From Sphingomonadales bacterium (GTDB lineage Bacteria > Bacteroidota > Bacteroidia > NS11-12g > UBA955): a DNA stretch of 64,000 nucleotides. The stretch is taken from positions 2,757-66,756 of the forward strand of contig VHBA01000001.1 in the NCBI GenBank assembly GCA_016872175.1, written 5' to 3'. The notes beneath the pieces were generated by a model. It was not told where the DNA came from. It ran no database searches and saw nothing but the letters and a program-made list of their open reading frames with translations. Positions 8,426 through 19,160 of this stretch are shown here, one piece after another (within the stretch, counting starts at the first letter, position 1; each line of letters starts with the position of its first letter). A program made the translations under genes and the position numbers.

Positions 8426-9439
8426 TTAGAATTCAGGACACTTCAAAGGTCGGAAAGGTTTGGTTCCGGGTGGAACGCACCAGTCGATGGTTGCACTTAC
8501 TTCATGGCTGGAAGGAATAGCACTTCTGCCATCACTCACAGTAAAGTCATAACTGTAACCGAATTTGAAACGATTTTTCCTGAAGCCGATTAGCATCATA
8601 ATAGCATCGGAATTTTTATAATTTCCAAATGTCTGTCTAAACCACAAGCCACTTACCAAAGGACCTTTGTTGGCGTAGAAACCCACATTTAACTGTGTGA
8701 AATTTCGCTGCATCATAAATAAGGCATTGGGACTGAAAGTTGCAGCATCATCTTGTCTGAATCTTGACTTTGTTAGTGGTATTACGGCACCTGTATGAAC
8801 AGTATATCTGCGAGGCAGTATTTCATTGGGGTTTTGATAGAAACTCCAGTTAGGTTCAATGATGTTATGTGCTGCAGCACCCAGATAGAATTTTGAAGAG
8901 TACATAATCCAACCAGCATTGAAATTGGGGTAGCCAATGTTTTGAGAAGGTACCTGTTCGGCCGTTGGATTTACAAAACCTTGTGTTGGCACAATCTGAT
9001 CGGAGAACTTTAACCGATTAAAGTTGATACTTTTAAATGAATATGCTCCCTGTAAGCCAAAACGCATGAAGAGTTTGTTTCGGTTTAGTGGCAAAAGATA
9101 AGAATAGACACCGCTTATTGTGGTTGTGGTTAACAAGCCAGAACCCGCAACATCATGAAATACCATCGCACCCAATCCACCACCCACACTTGGGATATGT
9201 TGATCCCAGGAAGCTGCAAATGAGCGGAAAGTACCGGGCAGTCCGGGCCACTGGTTTCTGTAGTTAAGTGCTACACGGCCGGCTGCACCAAAATTACAAA
9301 CCGCTGAACCGGCCAGCGCTGGATTGGTGTAAACCGGAGCTGCATAAAACTGGGTCAATTCCGGGTCTTGTGCCTTAATTGTGGCCACTGTAAGCAGGGA
9401 GGCGGCCATAAAGGAAAGTCGTAAAAATCCTTTTTGCAT
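8426..9439 (-). CDS. PorP/SprF-family T9SS outer-membrane protein
   Basis: AQDPELTQFY..P...NPALAG, LNYRNQW, FGYSYD, SHEVS signatures. Confidence 0.92.
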   Translation of the reverse strand: MQKGFLRLSFMAASLLTVATIKAQDPELTQFYAAPVYTNPALAGSAVCNFGAAGRVALNYRNQWPGLPGTFRSFAASWDQHIPSVGGGLGAMVFHDVAGSGLLTTTTISGVYSYLLPLNRNKLFMRFGLQGAYSFKSINFNRLKFSDQIVPTQGFVNPTAEQVPSQNIGYPNFNAGWIMYSSKFYLGAAAHNIIEPNWSFYQNPNEILPRRYTVHTGAVIPLTKSRFRQDDAATFSPNALFMMQRNFTQLNVGFYANKGPLVSGLWFRQTFGNYKNSDAIMMLIGFRKNRFKFGYSYDFTVSDGRSAIPSSHEVSATIDWCVPPGTKPFRPLKCPEF

Positions 9440-9562
9440 AGTTTCTGAATGGACAAATTTAGGAGATAAAACGTTTCATGCAATAAAATATTTTTTTTTG
9501 ATGGTGGAAAAATGACACTAAGATGCTGTCTGTATAGCAATATTGTAAGATATTTGCCGTTA

Positions 9563-12500
9563 ATGAGTGCGTTGTATAAGCGTATATTTCAAAAAGTTAA
9601 CATTTTTTACCTGTTAGGTTGTGCAATTTTTTGCTCATCTCTTAACGCTCAGGGCATGAAATTCAGTGATGGGGAATGGATTAGAGTAAGAGTGGCTGCT
9701 GATGGAGTTTATAAGATAACCGGCGTCGATCTTAAAAATGCAGGTTTTAATCTCGCCGGTAAGAATCCGGTAAATCTGTCTGTATTCACACATCAAGGGG
9801 CCATGCTTCCGGAGCTTAGTCGTCGCGAATTCCATGGTACACGGGAAATTCCGATTTTTGTTGATGATGGTAACGATGGTATCTTTGGTGCTGATGATTA
9901 TGTTTTATTTTTTGCATCTGCACCCCATACCTGGAATTATTCCTCCGGACAATGGCGTCACCAAACACATTTTTATGATGACTTTACCTACCTGTATGTT
10001 GGTTTTGGAAATGCTCCGGGCAAAAGAATAGGAAACAGCAATTACCAAGGTACGCCCGATGTAGTTGTAGATAAATCAGAATGGATGACTTTTTATGAAA
10101 AGGATCTTGAAAATCCAATTCACATGGGCAGAACGTGGCTGGGAGAAAAACTGGGAAATGAGAGCCTTAACCGAAACATAGATTTGCCGTTGCCCGCATC
10201 TTCAGATGACACCATCAGTGTAAGAATTTCTGTGGCCGGCGGTATGCAGGATGGTTCAGGGTCTGTTTCCTACAACATAAACAACCTTTCCGGCACCCTT
10301 TCTTATACACCCATCAATACAGAGTATGTAGCTTTTGATCTTCAGGAAAGATTTTTTCAGGTTTCCGTACCGGGCAAAAAGCTAACTACGCAGTTTTCCC
10401 TAAACAGACCCAATGCGAAAAGCAGTGGTTGGATAAATTTTATCGAGGTTACAGGTAAAATACCAATAAATACGTCACAGGGGCCAGTTGTTATCAGAAA
10501 CAGAGATTTTAAAGACAACAACACCGCCGAGATCAGAATTTCAACAGACTTGCTAAGTAAACCACAATCTGTCTGGAACGTGAGCGATCCGTTTATGCCT
10601 GTGGCACTTGATATTGTTCAAGTAGGGAATTTTAAAAAGGTGTTGTCAGGGCCAGGGGTATCCAAAAAAATGTTCGTGGCATTCGAAACGTCAAATATCC
10701 CCAAACCTGAAATTTTGGGAGTAATAACCGGGTCGGATTTACTAAATAGCAGTCCCCCTGAAATGCTGATAATTACCCACAATAACTTTAGAGCAGCAGC
10801 AAACCGTCTGGCAGAAATTAGAAGAAAAAATCAGGGATATGCAGTTCAGGTGGTAGATGTTTCAGATATATATAAACAGTTTAGCACCTCACAACAAAAT
10901 ATAGTGGCCATTCGTGATTTTGTACGTTTGGTTTATTTAAATTCACTGAAGGCGGGTAAGCCACTCAAATATGTGCTTCTGATGGGCGCTGCAAGCTACG
11001 ATATGAAAGACAGGGTTAAAGGGAATACCAATTTTATTCCAACCTATCAGTATGATGCCCATAATAAAGGTGTAACCTTCTGTCTTGATGATTTTTACGG
11101 CTACCTTGATTCACTGGCAGGAGATCCCGCAAGGGGTAAAAATCAAATGTGGGTATCGGTGGGCCGAATTCCTTGCAGAACAGCAGCCGAGGCGGAAGGA
11201 ATGGTAAGCAAGCTTGAACGCTATGATTCACCCAATAGTTTGGGAGATTGGCGCACAAACATTACCTACGTTACAGATGATGTGGATATTTCATGGGAAA
11301 CAGTATTTACGAGTGAAAGCGAGCGATATGCACAATACATTGATACTGTTCATCCTTACTTATCTGTAACCAAACTATTCTCTGATGCTTTTAAACAGGT
11401 TTCTACCGGCAATACTGAAAAATATCCCGATGTGAATGATGCTATTGACCGGACCATGAAAGATGGATGTCTGTTTATGAACTACCAGGGGCATGGCGGT
11501 CCGGCAGGCTGGGCACAGGAGGCTATTCTTGATGTTCCTATGATTAAAACCTGGAGCAACAGATGGAAAATGCCCGTAATGTTTACCGCAACCTGCGAGT
11601 TTAGTTTGTATGATGATCCCGGCGAACAAAGTGCAGGAGAACTCGCCTTGCTGAATCCCAATGGCGGACCGATTGCACTCATGTCAACAACCCGCCTTGT
11701 GTTCGTTTCGGGCAATATGGCCATTAATAATGATTTTTGGACAAATTACGGATTTCCGAAGCCGAATGAGCCCATACCCGCGCTGGGTGATGTTTTCAAA
11801 AGACTGAAAAACAGACAGGATATTACCTCTGAAGACAATAAGTTTGCCTTGCTTGGAGATCCGTCTATGCCCCTTGCATTTCCAAAACACCTAGTTGTGC
11901 TGGATTCCATAAACCATAAAACAGCTGCCGGCTATAATGATACGTTGAAAGCCTTTGGCGTAGTTGAAATAAAAGGACATATTGAAGAAAGGCTAAAAGG
12001 CAAGTTTAACGGATTTAACGGAAATTTATGGGTAAAGGTGCTCGATAAGCCCACCCTCAGAAAAACATTGGTTAATGATCAGCTGGGTGCCCCGATTTCC
12101 TATGAGGATCAGAGCAGCTACATATTCAAAGGTACTGTTTCTGTCCAGGATGGTGAGTTTAAAATTGTTTTTGCTACACCGAAAGACATTGCCTATCAGG
12201 TGGATCTTGGTAAAATATTATTGTATGCACACAATGGTGAAACCGATGCAGCAGGTGGATTTAATGTGATGATAGGAGGCAGTGAGCCCGATGTGAAGCC
12301 TGGAACAGATGGACCCATGGTTAGGGTTTTTATGAATGATACCACTTTTGTATCGGGCGGTCAGGTTCAATCTGAAACTGAATTGTTGGTAAAAGTGTCT
12401 GATACAGATGGGTTAAATGCCACAGGTGCGGGTATTGGCAGGGATATGCTGGCTGTAATAGATAAAGGTACGCCCAATGAGAAATCTTATTTGCTCAATG

Positions 12501-12982
12501 AGTTTTTTAGTTATGACCTCAATTCTTACCGTTCCGGCAGTATACGTATGCCACTAACAAATCTTTCACCCGGCAAACATACAGTGCTGGTGAAAGTGTG
12601 GGATATTTTTAACAACTCAGGTCAGGGGTCTACAGAATTCACCGTGGGAGAGGGTAGCCTGGAAGTATTTGATCATTCGGCTTTCCCCAATCCATTTTCA
12701 AAGAGTGTGGCATTGCGTTTTACGCATAATATGCCGGGCAAGGATTTAACAGCGGATGTGACTGTAATAGACATGACCGGCAAAACTTTGCACAGATACC
12801 AAATGGGAATATCTGCTGCAGCAGCCACAGAGGTAAGGCTTAACTGGAATGGGCATAGTGCCCCAGAGCCGCAACTGCGTTCATCAGAATTGCCTTCAGG
12901 AATTTATCAATACAGGGTAAACCTGAAATCTGGAGAAGCCTCCACATCATTTTCAGGCAAAATGATAAAAATAGTACCTTAG
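9563..12982 (+). CDS. porU: T9SS sortase PorU (peptidase C25)
   Basis: C25 motifs DDFYG, VGRIP, YQGHGG (His), ATCEF (Cys), LLGDPS; C-terminal FPNPF type-A CTD; directly upstream of porV. ATG 9563 preferred over 9512. Confidence 0.93.
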   Translation: MSALYKRIFQKVNIFYLLGCAIFCSSLNAQGMKFSDGEWIRVRVAADGVYKITGVDLKNAGFNLAGKNPVNLSVFTHQGAMLPELSRREFHGTREIPIFVDDGNDGIFGADDYVLFFASAPHTWNYSSGQWRHQTHFYDDFTYLYVGFGNAPGKRIGNSNYQGTPDVVVDKSEWMTFYEKDLENPIHMGRTWLGEKLGNESLNRNIDLPLPASSDDTISVRISVAGGMQDGSGSVSYNINNLSGTLSYTPINTEYVAFDLQERFFQVSVPGKKLTTQFSLNRPNAKSSGWINFIEVTGKIPINTSQGPVVIRNRDFKDNNTAEIRISTDLLSKPQSVWNVSDPFMPVALDIVQVGNFKKVLSGPGVSKKMFVAFETSNIPKPEILGVITGSDLLNSSPPEMLIITHNNFRAAANRLAEIRRKNQGYAVQVVDVSDIYKQFSTSQQNIVAIRDFVRLVYLNSLKAGKPLKYVLLMGAASYDMKDRVKGNTNFIPTYQYDAHNKGVTFCLDDFYGYLDSLAGDPARGKNQMWVSVGRIPCRTAAEAEGMVSKLERYDSPNSLGDWRTNITYVTDDVDISWETVFTSESERYAQYIDTVHPYLSVTKLFSDAFKQVSTGNTEKYPDVNDAIDRTMKDGCLFMNYQGHGGPAGWAQEAILDVPMIKTWSNRWKMPVMFTATCEFSLYDDPGEQSAGELALLNPNGGPIALMSTTRLVFVSGNMAINNDFWTNYGFPKPNEPIPALGDVFKRLKNRQDITSEDNKFALLGDPSMPLAFPKHLVVLDSINHKTAAGYNDTLKAFGVVEIKGHIEERLKGKFNGFNGNLWVKVLDKPTLRKTLVNDQLGAPISYEDQSSYIFKGTVSVQDGEFKIVFATPKDIAYQVDLGKILLYAHNGETDAAGGFNVMIGGSEPDVKPGTDGPMVRVFMNDTTFVSGGQVQSETELLVKVSDTDGLNATGAGIGRDMLAVIDKGTPNEKSYLLNEFFSYDLNSYRSGSIRMPLTNLSPGKHTVLVKVWDIFNNSGQGSTEFTVGEGSLEVFDHSAFPNPFSKSVALRFTHNMPGKDLTADVTVIDMTGKTLHRYQMGISAAAATEVRLNWNGHSAPEPQLRSSELPSGIYQYRVNLKSGEASTSFSGKMIKIVP

Positions 12983-13091
12983 TCTTACAATAAAAACACC
13001 AAAATTGCTTTATAGCGAGATTCCTGCCATGATTTCAAAATCAAAACAAACAATTCAGAAACAAAACCCTATTTTTGCCAAACTTCCTTTT

Positions 13092-14291
13092 ATGAAGAAA
13101 GTCTCACTTTTCATTTTGATTGGTACATGGGTTTCTGTTTCCATGGCGCAGATTAGCAAGAGCCAGCTATCCGGACAGATGAACACTGTTACAACCATGG
13201 TTCCCTTTCTTACCATCACACCAGATAGCCGCTCGGCAGGTCTGGGGGATGCAGGTGTTGCCCTATTCAGTCCGGATGCCAACAGTGTTTCTTGGAACAT
13301 GAGTAACCTGGTGAATGCTGATAAAAAATCAGGTTTTTCGCTTTCATATGCTCCATGGCTCAGACAGCTGGTGTCGGATGTGGGATTTAGTTATTTGTCT
13401 GGCTACTCCAAATCCAAATCAGGTAACTCTGTTATTGGTGGTGCCATTCGCTATTTTTCCTTGGGTAATATCAATTTTACTGATTTTGAAGGTAATCCCA
13501 TTGGTAACTTCAATCCCAATGAATTCAGCCTGGAAGGCGGATATGGTACGCGTTTCAGTAAAAAATTCAGCATGGGTGTTAACCTAAGGTTCATCTACTC
13601 AAATATTGCAGGTAACCGTGTTATCAATGGCGCCAATACCAAGGCAGGCGTATCGGGCGCTGGCGATGTGAATCTTTTGTACAAAACAAAGATTAAGATG
13701 CAAGGCGGTAAAAACTCTGATTTTAATTTTGGAGTAAACATCCAGAACATTGGTGCTAAAATGACTTACACTACGCGTGAGCAAAGGGATTTTATTCCTA
13801 CCAACCTAAAATTGGGCGCTGGCTGGAAATATGAAATTGACCAGTATAACAAAGTAGGTGTATATGCCGATGTAAATAAATTATTGGTTCCAACACGTCC
13901 TTTTTACCTCGTAGCAGCTGATGGCAGTGACTCTGTTATTGGTGGTGTGAGACAATTTATTGGTAATGATCCCAATGTAAGCGTAACACAAGGTATGGTT
14001 CAGAGCTTTTATGACGCACCTGGTGGAATGAGTGAAGAACTTAATGAATGGACTGGGTCATTTGGAACCGAATATTGGTACGACAATAAATTTGCTGCCA
14101 GGGTAGGTGCGTTTTATGAAAATAAAAACAAAGGCGGAAGACAATATGCCACATTTGGTCTGGGCTTGAAATATCAGAAAGTTTCCATTGATCTGGCTAT
14201 GCTGGTTCCTTTTGCCCGCAGGCACCCACTGCAAAATCAGCTGCGTTTCTCGCTGCTGTTTGATATGGGAGCATTCTCGGATAAAGAGTAA
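13092..14291 (+). CDS. porV: T9SS outer-membrane shuttle PorV
   Basis: VPFLTITPDSRSAGLGDAGVA, SYAPWL, GGRQYATFGLG, HPLQNQLRFSL; ATG 13092 follows a TATTTTTG element. Confidence 0.93.
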   Translation: MKKVSLFILIGTWVSVSMAQISKSQLSGQMNTVTTMVPFLTITPDSRSAGLGDAGVALFSPDANSVSWNMSNLVNADKKSGFSLSYAPWLRQLVSDVGFSYLSGYSKSKSGNSVIGGAIRYFSLGNINFTDFEGNPIGNFNPNEFSLEGGYGTRFSKKFSMGVNLRFIYSNIAGNRVINGANTKAGVSGAGDVNLLYKTKIKMQGGKNSDFNFGVNIQNIGAKMTYTTREQRDFIPTNLKLGAGWKYEIDQYNKVGVYADVNKLLVPTRPFYLVAADGSDSVIGGVRQFIGNDPNVSVTQGMVQSFYDAPGGMSEELNEWTGSFGTEYWYDNKFAARVGAFYENKNKGGRQYATFGLGLKYQKVSIDLAMLVPFARRHPLQNQLRFSLLFDMGAFSDKE

Positions 14292-14312
14292 TTTTAGAAT
14301 ATTAAAGATTAC

Positions 14313-14339
14313 AAAGCCCCGAAAAATTCGGGGCTTTTT
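14313..14339 (+). terminator. Intrinsic terminator after porV
   Basis: AAAGCCCCGAA-aaa-TTCGGGGCTTTTT. Confidence 0.85.
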
Positions 14340-14401
14340 ATTTGTGTAATATGCTGAACAAAGCAAATAAATTTCTATTTTAGCCGAATAATAAAAACCC
14401 C

Positions 14402-15916
14402 ATGAATACAAATACTTCACAAGGCCATCCCAAAGGTTTGTACCTGCTGTTCTTTACCGAAATGTGGGAACGTTTCAGCTACTATGGCATGCGAGCTATT
14501 TTTATGCTGTTTATGATTAAGGCACTGCTGTTATCTGAAAAAGATTCTTCCAATATTTATGGAAGCTACACAGGGCTTGTTTATCTCACACCTTTGCTCG
14601 GTGGTTACCTCAGTGACCGGTTTTTAGGCAACAGGCGCAGTATTGAGATTGGTGGAATTATGATGGCCTTGGGGCAGTTCATACTCTTTTTCAGTGCCAG
14701 CACAACGGGTAGTTTAGCAGTAACCCTGATGTGGGCCGGCCTTACACTGCTTATCATTGGCAACGGCTTCTTCAAACCCAATATTTCAACCATGGTTGGA
14801 AATTTGTATCCTGAAGGCGATAGAAGAGTTGATTCTGCATTTACTATTTTTTACATGGGTATCAATCTCGGAGCATTCTTCTCGCCTCTGGTTTGCGGGT
14901 CACTGGCTGAAAAGGTTGATTTTAAATGGGGTTTCCTCGCCGCTGGTATCGGAATGGTAATTAGTCTGGTGAGTTTTTGGTTATATAAAGGAAAACTACT
15001 GATTGGTCATGATGGTAAAGATCTGGGAATGCCTGTAAAAAAGCTGGATTTAATGAGTATTATCACAATTATTGGCTCCACATGCATAATCTTTTTAATG
15101 CTCAACTTGAAATCTATCATTAATACAGAAGCTGATATCATTGGCTATTTCATCTTCGGTGCATTGATTATAATGCCACTGATAATTATGACTGATAAAT
15201 CGCTTAGCAGCGTGGAGCGCAGCCGTATTGGTGTAATTTTCATACTGTGTTTCTTTGTAATCTTCTTTTGGATGTCTTTTGAGCAGGCCGGTGCATCACT
15301 TACCCTTTTTGCCGACAAGCAAACCGACAGAATAGTGGGAACCTGGGAAATGCCTGCATCGTGGTTTCAAAGTATAAACCCGCTGGGTATAATTATTCTG
15401 GCTCCATTGTTTAGTATTTTGTGGGGTACCATGCACAAAAGAAACATGGAACCTTCTTCACCCATGAAAATGGCCTGGGGTTTGGCATTGCTTACGTTGG
15501 GTTATGTTGTGATTGCTATAGCCGTAAATGGCGTTGACAGCTCTGTGAAAGTAAGCATGTGGTGGCTGATTGCGCTTTATATTCTACATACCATGGGCGA
15601 ATTGTGTTTGTCGCCAATTGGTTTGTCAATGGTGAGCAAATTATCTCCTGCCAGATTTTCTTCACTACTTATGGGTACCTGGTTTTTGGCTAATGCCTGC
15701 GCAAACAAACTTGCAGGAACATTGAGTTCACTTATTCCTCCAGGAGCCGGCGAAAAAGCTGCTGAAGCCGGTGCAGAAATCCCGAGTATTGCAGGATTTC
15801 AGATCAATAATTTGTATGACTTCTTTATGGTTTTCATTGTGCTGAGTGGTGTGGCAGCTGTTATTCTCTTCCTGATGAGTAACTTCCTGAAGAAACGCAT
15901 GCACGGAATCAATTAA
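14402..15916 (+). CDS. POT/PTR-family proton-dependent oligopeptide transporter
   Basis: EMWERFSYYG, GNGFFKPN, FYMGINLG, GELCLSPIGLS. Confidence 0.95.
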   Translation: MNTNTSQGHPKGLYLLFFTEMWERFSYYGMRAIFMLFMIKALLLSEKDSSNIYGSYTGLVYLTPLLGGYLSDRFLGNRRSIEIGGIMMALGQFILFFSASTTGSLAVTLMWAGLTLLIIGNGFFKPNISTMVGNLYPEGDRRVDSAFTIFYMGINLGAFFSPLVCGSLAEKVDFKWGFLAAGIGMVISLVSFWLYKGKLLIGHDGKDLGMPVKKLDLMSIITIIGSTCIIFLMLNLKSIINTEADIIGYFIFGALIIMPLIIMTDKSLSSVERSRIGVIFILCFFVIFFWMSFEQAGASLTLFADKQTDRIVGTWEMPASWFQSINPLGIIILAPLFSILWGTMHKRNMEPSSPMKMAWGLALLTLGYVVIAIAVNGVDSSVKVSMWWLIALYILHTMGELCLSPIGLSMVSKLSPARFSSLLMGTWFLANACANKLAGTLSSLIPPGAGEKAAEAGAEIPSIAGFQINNLYDFFMVFIVLSGVAAVILFLMSNFLKKRMHGIN

Positions 15917-15934
15917 AAGTCCTGATTTTATTAC

Positions 15935-15962
15935 AAAAAGCCGGTATAGCCCGGCTTTTTTT
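15935..15962 (+). terminator. Intrinsic terminator after the first POT gene
   Basis: AAAAAGCCGG-tatagc-CCGGCTTTTTTT. Confidence 0.8.
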
Positions 15963-15995
15963 ATGCACTAAAGCTTAATATTGCGTTTAATCCTT

Positions 15996-17612
15996 ATGTT
16001 CAAAAAACATCCTGCTGCTTTGCCGTTTCTCTTTTTCTCCGAAATGTGGGAGAGATTTGGCTATTACCTCATGATTGGTATTTTTACATTGTATCTAAAA
16101 GACGTAAAAGATGGATTTCAGATGAATGAAAAAGATGCCAGCAACCTGTATGGAACCTTTATTGCCTTGGTGTTTTTTACTCCGTTTCTGGGGGGATTAA
16201 TAGCCGACAGATTGCTGGGCTACCGAAAATCTATCATCGTAGGTGGATTACTTATGGGTGTTGGTTATTGTTTGATGGGCATTCACTCAATACCGGCATT
16301 GTATTTCTCCATGGCGCTGGTGATTATCGGCAATGGCTTCTTTAAACCCAATATTTCCACATTGCTAGGGAATGTGTATTCAACCCCTGAAAACCAACAC
16401 CAAAAAGATGAAGGCTACAATATATTTTACATGGGGATCAACATTGGTGCATTTATCTGTAATTTTTTTGGTGCTGCACTCTATACAACCATTGGCTGGA
16501 GTGCTGCATTCGCGGCTGCCGGAGTGGGAATGTTTATTGGTGTTATTGTATTTATAGCCGGTACCCGACATTACAAGCAATTTGATGTGCGCGTTGAACC
16601 AAGACCCGGTGATATGAGTATTGGGAAAATTATGGCAATTGTGCTTTTGCCATCTGTATTATGTGGTTTTTTGGGCTGGTTTATCCCCGGAAAAATATTT
16701 GACAGCGATAGCACAGATGCGTTCATTTTCGCTTGTGTTCCGGTGGTTGTGTACTATGCGTCATTGTACTTCAAATCGCACGAAGATGAAAAGAAACCTA
16801 TGGGCGTAATGCTTACAATCTTTGCCGTAGTTGTATTGTTTTGGGCGGTTTTCAAGCAAAACGGAACGGCCCTAAATACATGGGCAGACAATTATACCGA
16901 CAGAAGTGTTTCAGGAACAAGCCAGACGGTGTTTAACCAGCTTAAGTTAACAAAGAAGCTTACCTATGCGAAAGATTCTGTGCCCAAAATCGATTCTATG
17001 TATAGAAAAACCAAGGATACAAATGGGAAACTTGTGATGACCTATGATTATCCTAATTACTTCCAAAATGAAAAAGTAAAACCTGCAGAGAAAGCGGATG
17101 TGTTTGTTTGGAGTACGAACATTAGTCAGTCATTCAACCCGTTTTGGGTAATTCTGCTTACTCCGGTTGTGGTATCTTTCTTCTTGTTGTTGCGAAGAAA
17201 AGGGAAGGAGCCGGCCATTCCTACCAAAATAGCCTTGGGATTGCTCGTATCTGCTTTGTCTGTTTTGGTAATGGTAGCAGCTGTAAAAAGCGGTAACAAT
17301 GGTGCTGAAAAAGTGAGTTTTTGGTGGTTAATGGGCACATATGGAGTTATTACGATTGGTGAATTATTCCTGAGTCCAATGGGGCTATCACTGGTTTCAA
17401 AACTCAGTCCGCAACGATTTACCTCGCTGATGATGGGCGGCTGGTTTCTGGCTACCTCCATCGGCAACAAACTCAGTGGAGTACTTGCCAGTCAGTGGGA
17501 TACATACACGGATAAGGCATCCTATTTCTGGGTGAATTTTTTCCTATTACTTGGTGCTGCTCTGCTATTATTTGCGATGCTGAAAAAACTGAACAGCGCT
17601 ATTAAAAACTAA
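15996..17612 (+). CDS. POT/PTR-family peptide transporter with a soluble insertion
   Basis: EMWERFGYY, GNGFFKPN, GELFLSPMGLS; ATG 15996 (MFKKHP) preferred. Confidence 0.94.
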   Translation: MFKKHPAALPFLFFSEMWERFGYYLMIGIFTLYLKDVKDGFQMNEKDASNLYGTFIALVFFTPFLGGLIADRLLGYRKSIIVGGLLMGVGYCLMGIHSIPALYFSMALVIIGNGFFKPNISTLLGNVYSTPENQHQKDEGYNIFYMGINIGAFICNFFGAALYTTIGWSAAFAAAGVGMFIGVIVFIAGTRHYKQFDVRVEPRPGDMSIGKIMAIVLLPSVLCGFLGWFIPGKIFDSDSTDAFIFACVPVVVYYASLYFKSHEDEKKPMGVMLTIFAVVVLFWAVFKQNGTALNTWADNYTDRSVSGTSQTVFNQLKLTKKLTYAKDSVPKIDSMYRKTKDTNGKLVMTYDYPNYFQNEKVKPAEKADVFVWSTNISQSFNPFWVILLTPVVVSFFLLLRRKGKEPAIPTKIALGLLVSALSVLVMVAAVKSGNNGAEKVSFWWLMGTYGVITIGELFLSPMGLSLVSKLSPQRFTSLMMGGWFLATSIGNKLSGVLASQWDTYTDKASYFWVNFFLLLGAALLLFAMLKKLNSAIKN

Positions 17613-17613
17613 T

Positions 17614-19116
17614 ATGAACGATAACGACAAACAACTCGAAGCCATACGCAACTTCTCCGGTGCGTATCCTAAACAGATCTGGAGTCTGTTTTTCAGCGAA
17701 ATGTGGGAGCGATTTTGCTTTTATGGCATGCGGGGTATGCTCACCTTTTTCATGGTTTACCAGATGTCTATGGACAAGGAAGTGGCCAATCTTCAGTACG
17801 GAGCTACCCAGGCTTGGGTTTACGCTTTCACATTAATTGGCGGTTTGTTTGCCGATAAAATTTTAGGTTTCAAAAAGTCTCTTTTCTGGGGCGGAATTTT
17901 AATGATAGTCGGTAGTATCATCCTAACGTTTGATCCCAAGGCATTTTTCTTTCAGGGAATTGCATTCCTGATTGTGGGTACAGGATTTTTTAAGCCTAAT
18001 ATTTCCTCTATGGTTGGCCAACTATATCGCAGCGACGACAATCGAAGAGATGCAGGTTTTTCACTTTTTTATTCAGGTATCAATATAGGAGCCTTTTTCG
18101 GGGGCATTTTAATGATTGGTGTGGGCAAGGGTGAAATTTTAAGCAGTTTAATCCCTGAACACCTGCGCTGGAATGTGGCTTTCGGACTGGTGGCCATTGC
18201 AATGTTTATAAGTCTGGTAGTTTTTTCATTTGCCCGCAGAACACTTGGTTCCATTGGAAATACTCCCATTAACGAAGACAGTGAACCCGAAAAAAAATGG
18301 TATTCTTATGCAGTATATATTGGCGCGCTTGCTTGTATACCGGTCATTATTAAAATGGTATCAAACACGCAGTATACAGATTGGTTTATGTATTTCATAG
18401 GCCCTTTTAGTTTGCTGTATCTGGGATATGAGATGACCAAACTACAAAAAGCCGAAAATCTGAAATTACTAGCCGCGCTGGTTTTTATCGTATTTTCATC
18501 TTTTTTCTGGGCCATCTTCGAACAAGCCGGTGGTTCATTAAGCCTTTATGCTGCAGAGCATCTGGACAGAGGTTCGTTGAATGTAGATCCAAATATTGTT
18601 AATAATTCTGCCAATTCCATGTTTGTGATTGCCCTGGCTCCATTGGTGGGTTTGCTTTGGATTTGGATGCACAAAAGGAAAATAGAGCCAAACAGCGTGG
18701 TGAAATTTGGACTGGGTTTTCTATTGCTTGGAATTGCGTTTTATATTTTTGCTGTAAACAGAATGTTTGCAAGTAGTGGAATCGCATCTGGAGACATATT
18801 TATGCTTGGATATCTGGTTGTAACCTTGGGTGAGATTGTACTTTCCCCGATAGGTTTGTCATTAATGACGAAGCTTGCTACCACACGTTTAAAAGGTTTT
18901 ATGATGGGGATGTGGTTTTTGGCAAGTGCATACGGCCAATACATAGCAGGTTTATTCGGTGCAGGTATTTCGCCCGATGATAATGCAAGCCCAATTCAAA
19001 AACTTGAAATATATTCAGCAGGTTATCAGCAGTTTGCTTTGTATGCTGTAATTGCAGGAATTCTGATAATAGCCATTTCACCATGGGTAAAGAAACTGAT
19101 GGGAGAAGTGAAATAA
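17614..19116 (+). CDS. POT/PTR-family peptide transporter
   Basis: EMWERFCFYG, GTGFFKPN, GEIVLSPIGLS. Confidence 0.94.
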   Translation: MNDNDKQLEAIRNFSGAYPKQIWSLFFSEMWERFCFYGMRGMLTFFMVYQMSMDKEVANLQYGATQAWVYAFTLIGGLFADKILGFKKSLFWGGILMIVGSIILTFDPKAFFFQGIAFLIVGTGFFKPNISSMVGQLYRSDDNRRDAGFSLFYSGINIGAFFGGILMIGVGKGEILSSLIPEHLRWNVAFGLVAIAMFISLVVFSFARRTLGSIGNTPINEDSEPEKKWYSYAVYIGALACIPVIIKMVSNTQYTDWFMYFIGPFSLLYLGYEMTKLQKAENLKLLAALVFIVFSSFFWAIFEQAGGSLSLYAAEHLDRGSLNVDPNIVNNSANSMFVIALAPLVGLLWIWMHKRKIEPNSVVKFGLGFLLLGIAFYIFAVNRMFASSGIASGDIFMLGYLVVTLGEIVLSPIGLSLMTKLATTRLKGFMMGMWFLASAYGQYIAGLFGAGISPDDNASPIQKLEIYSAGYQQFALYAVIAGILIIAISPWVKKLMGEVK

Positions 19117-19160
19117 TTAACTGTATTCAGCAATCCTATCCTTAATTTTGTATCTAATTT

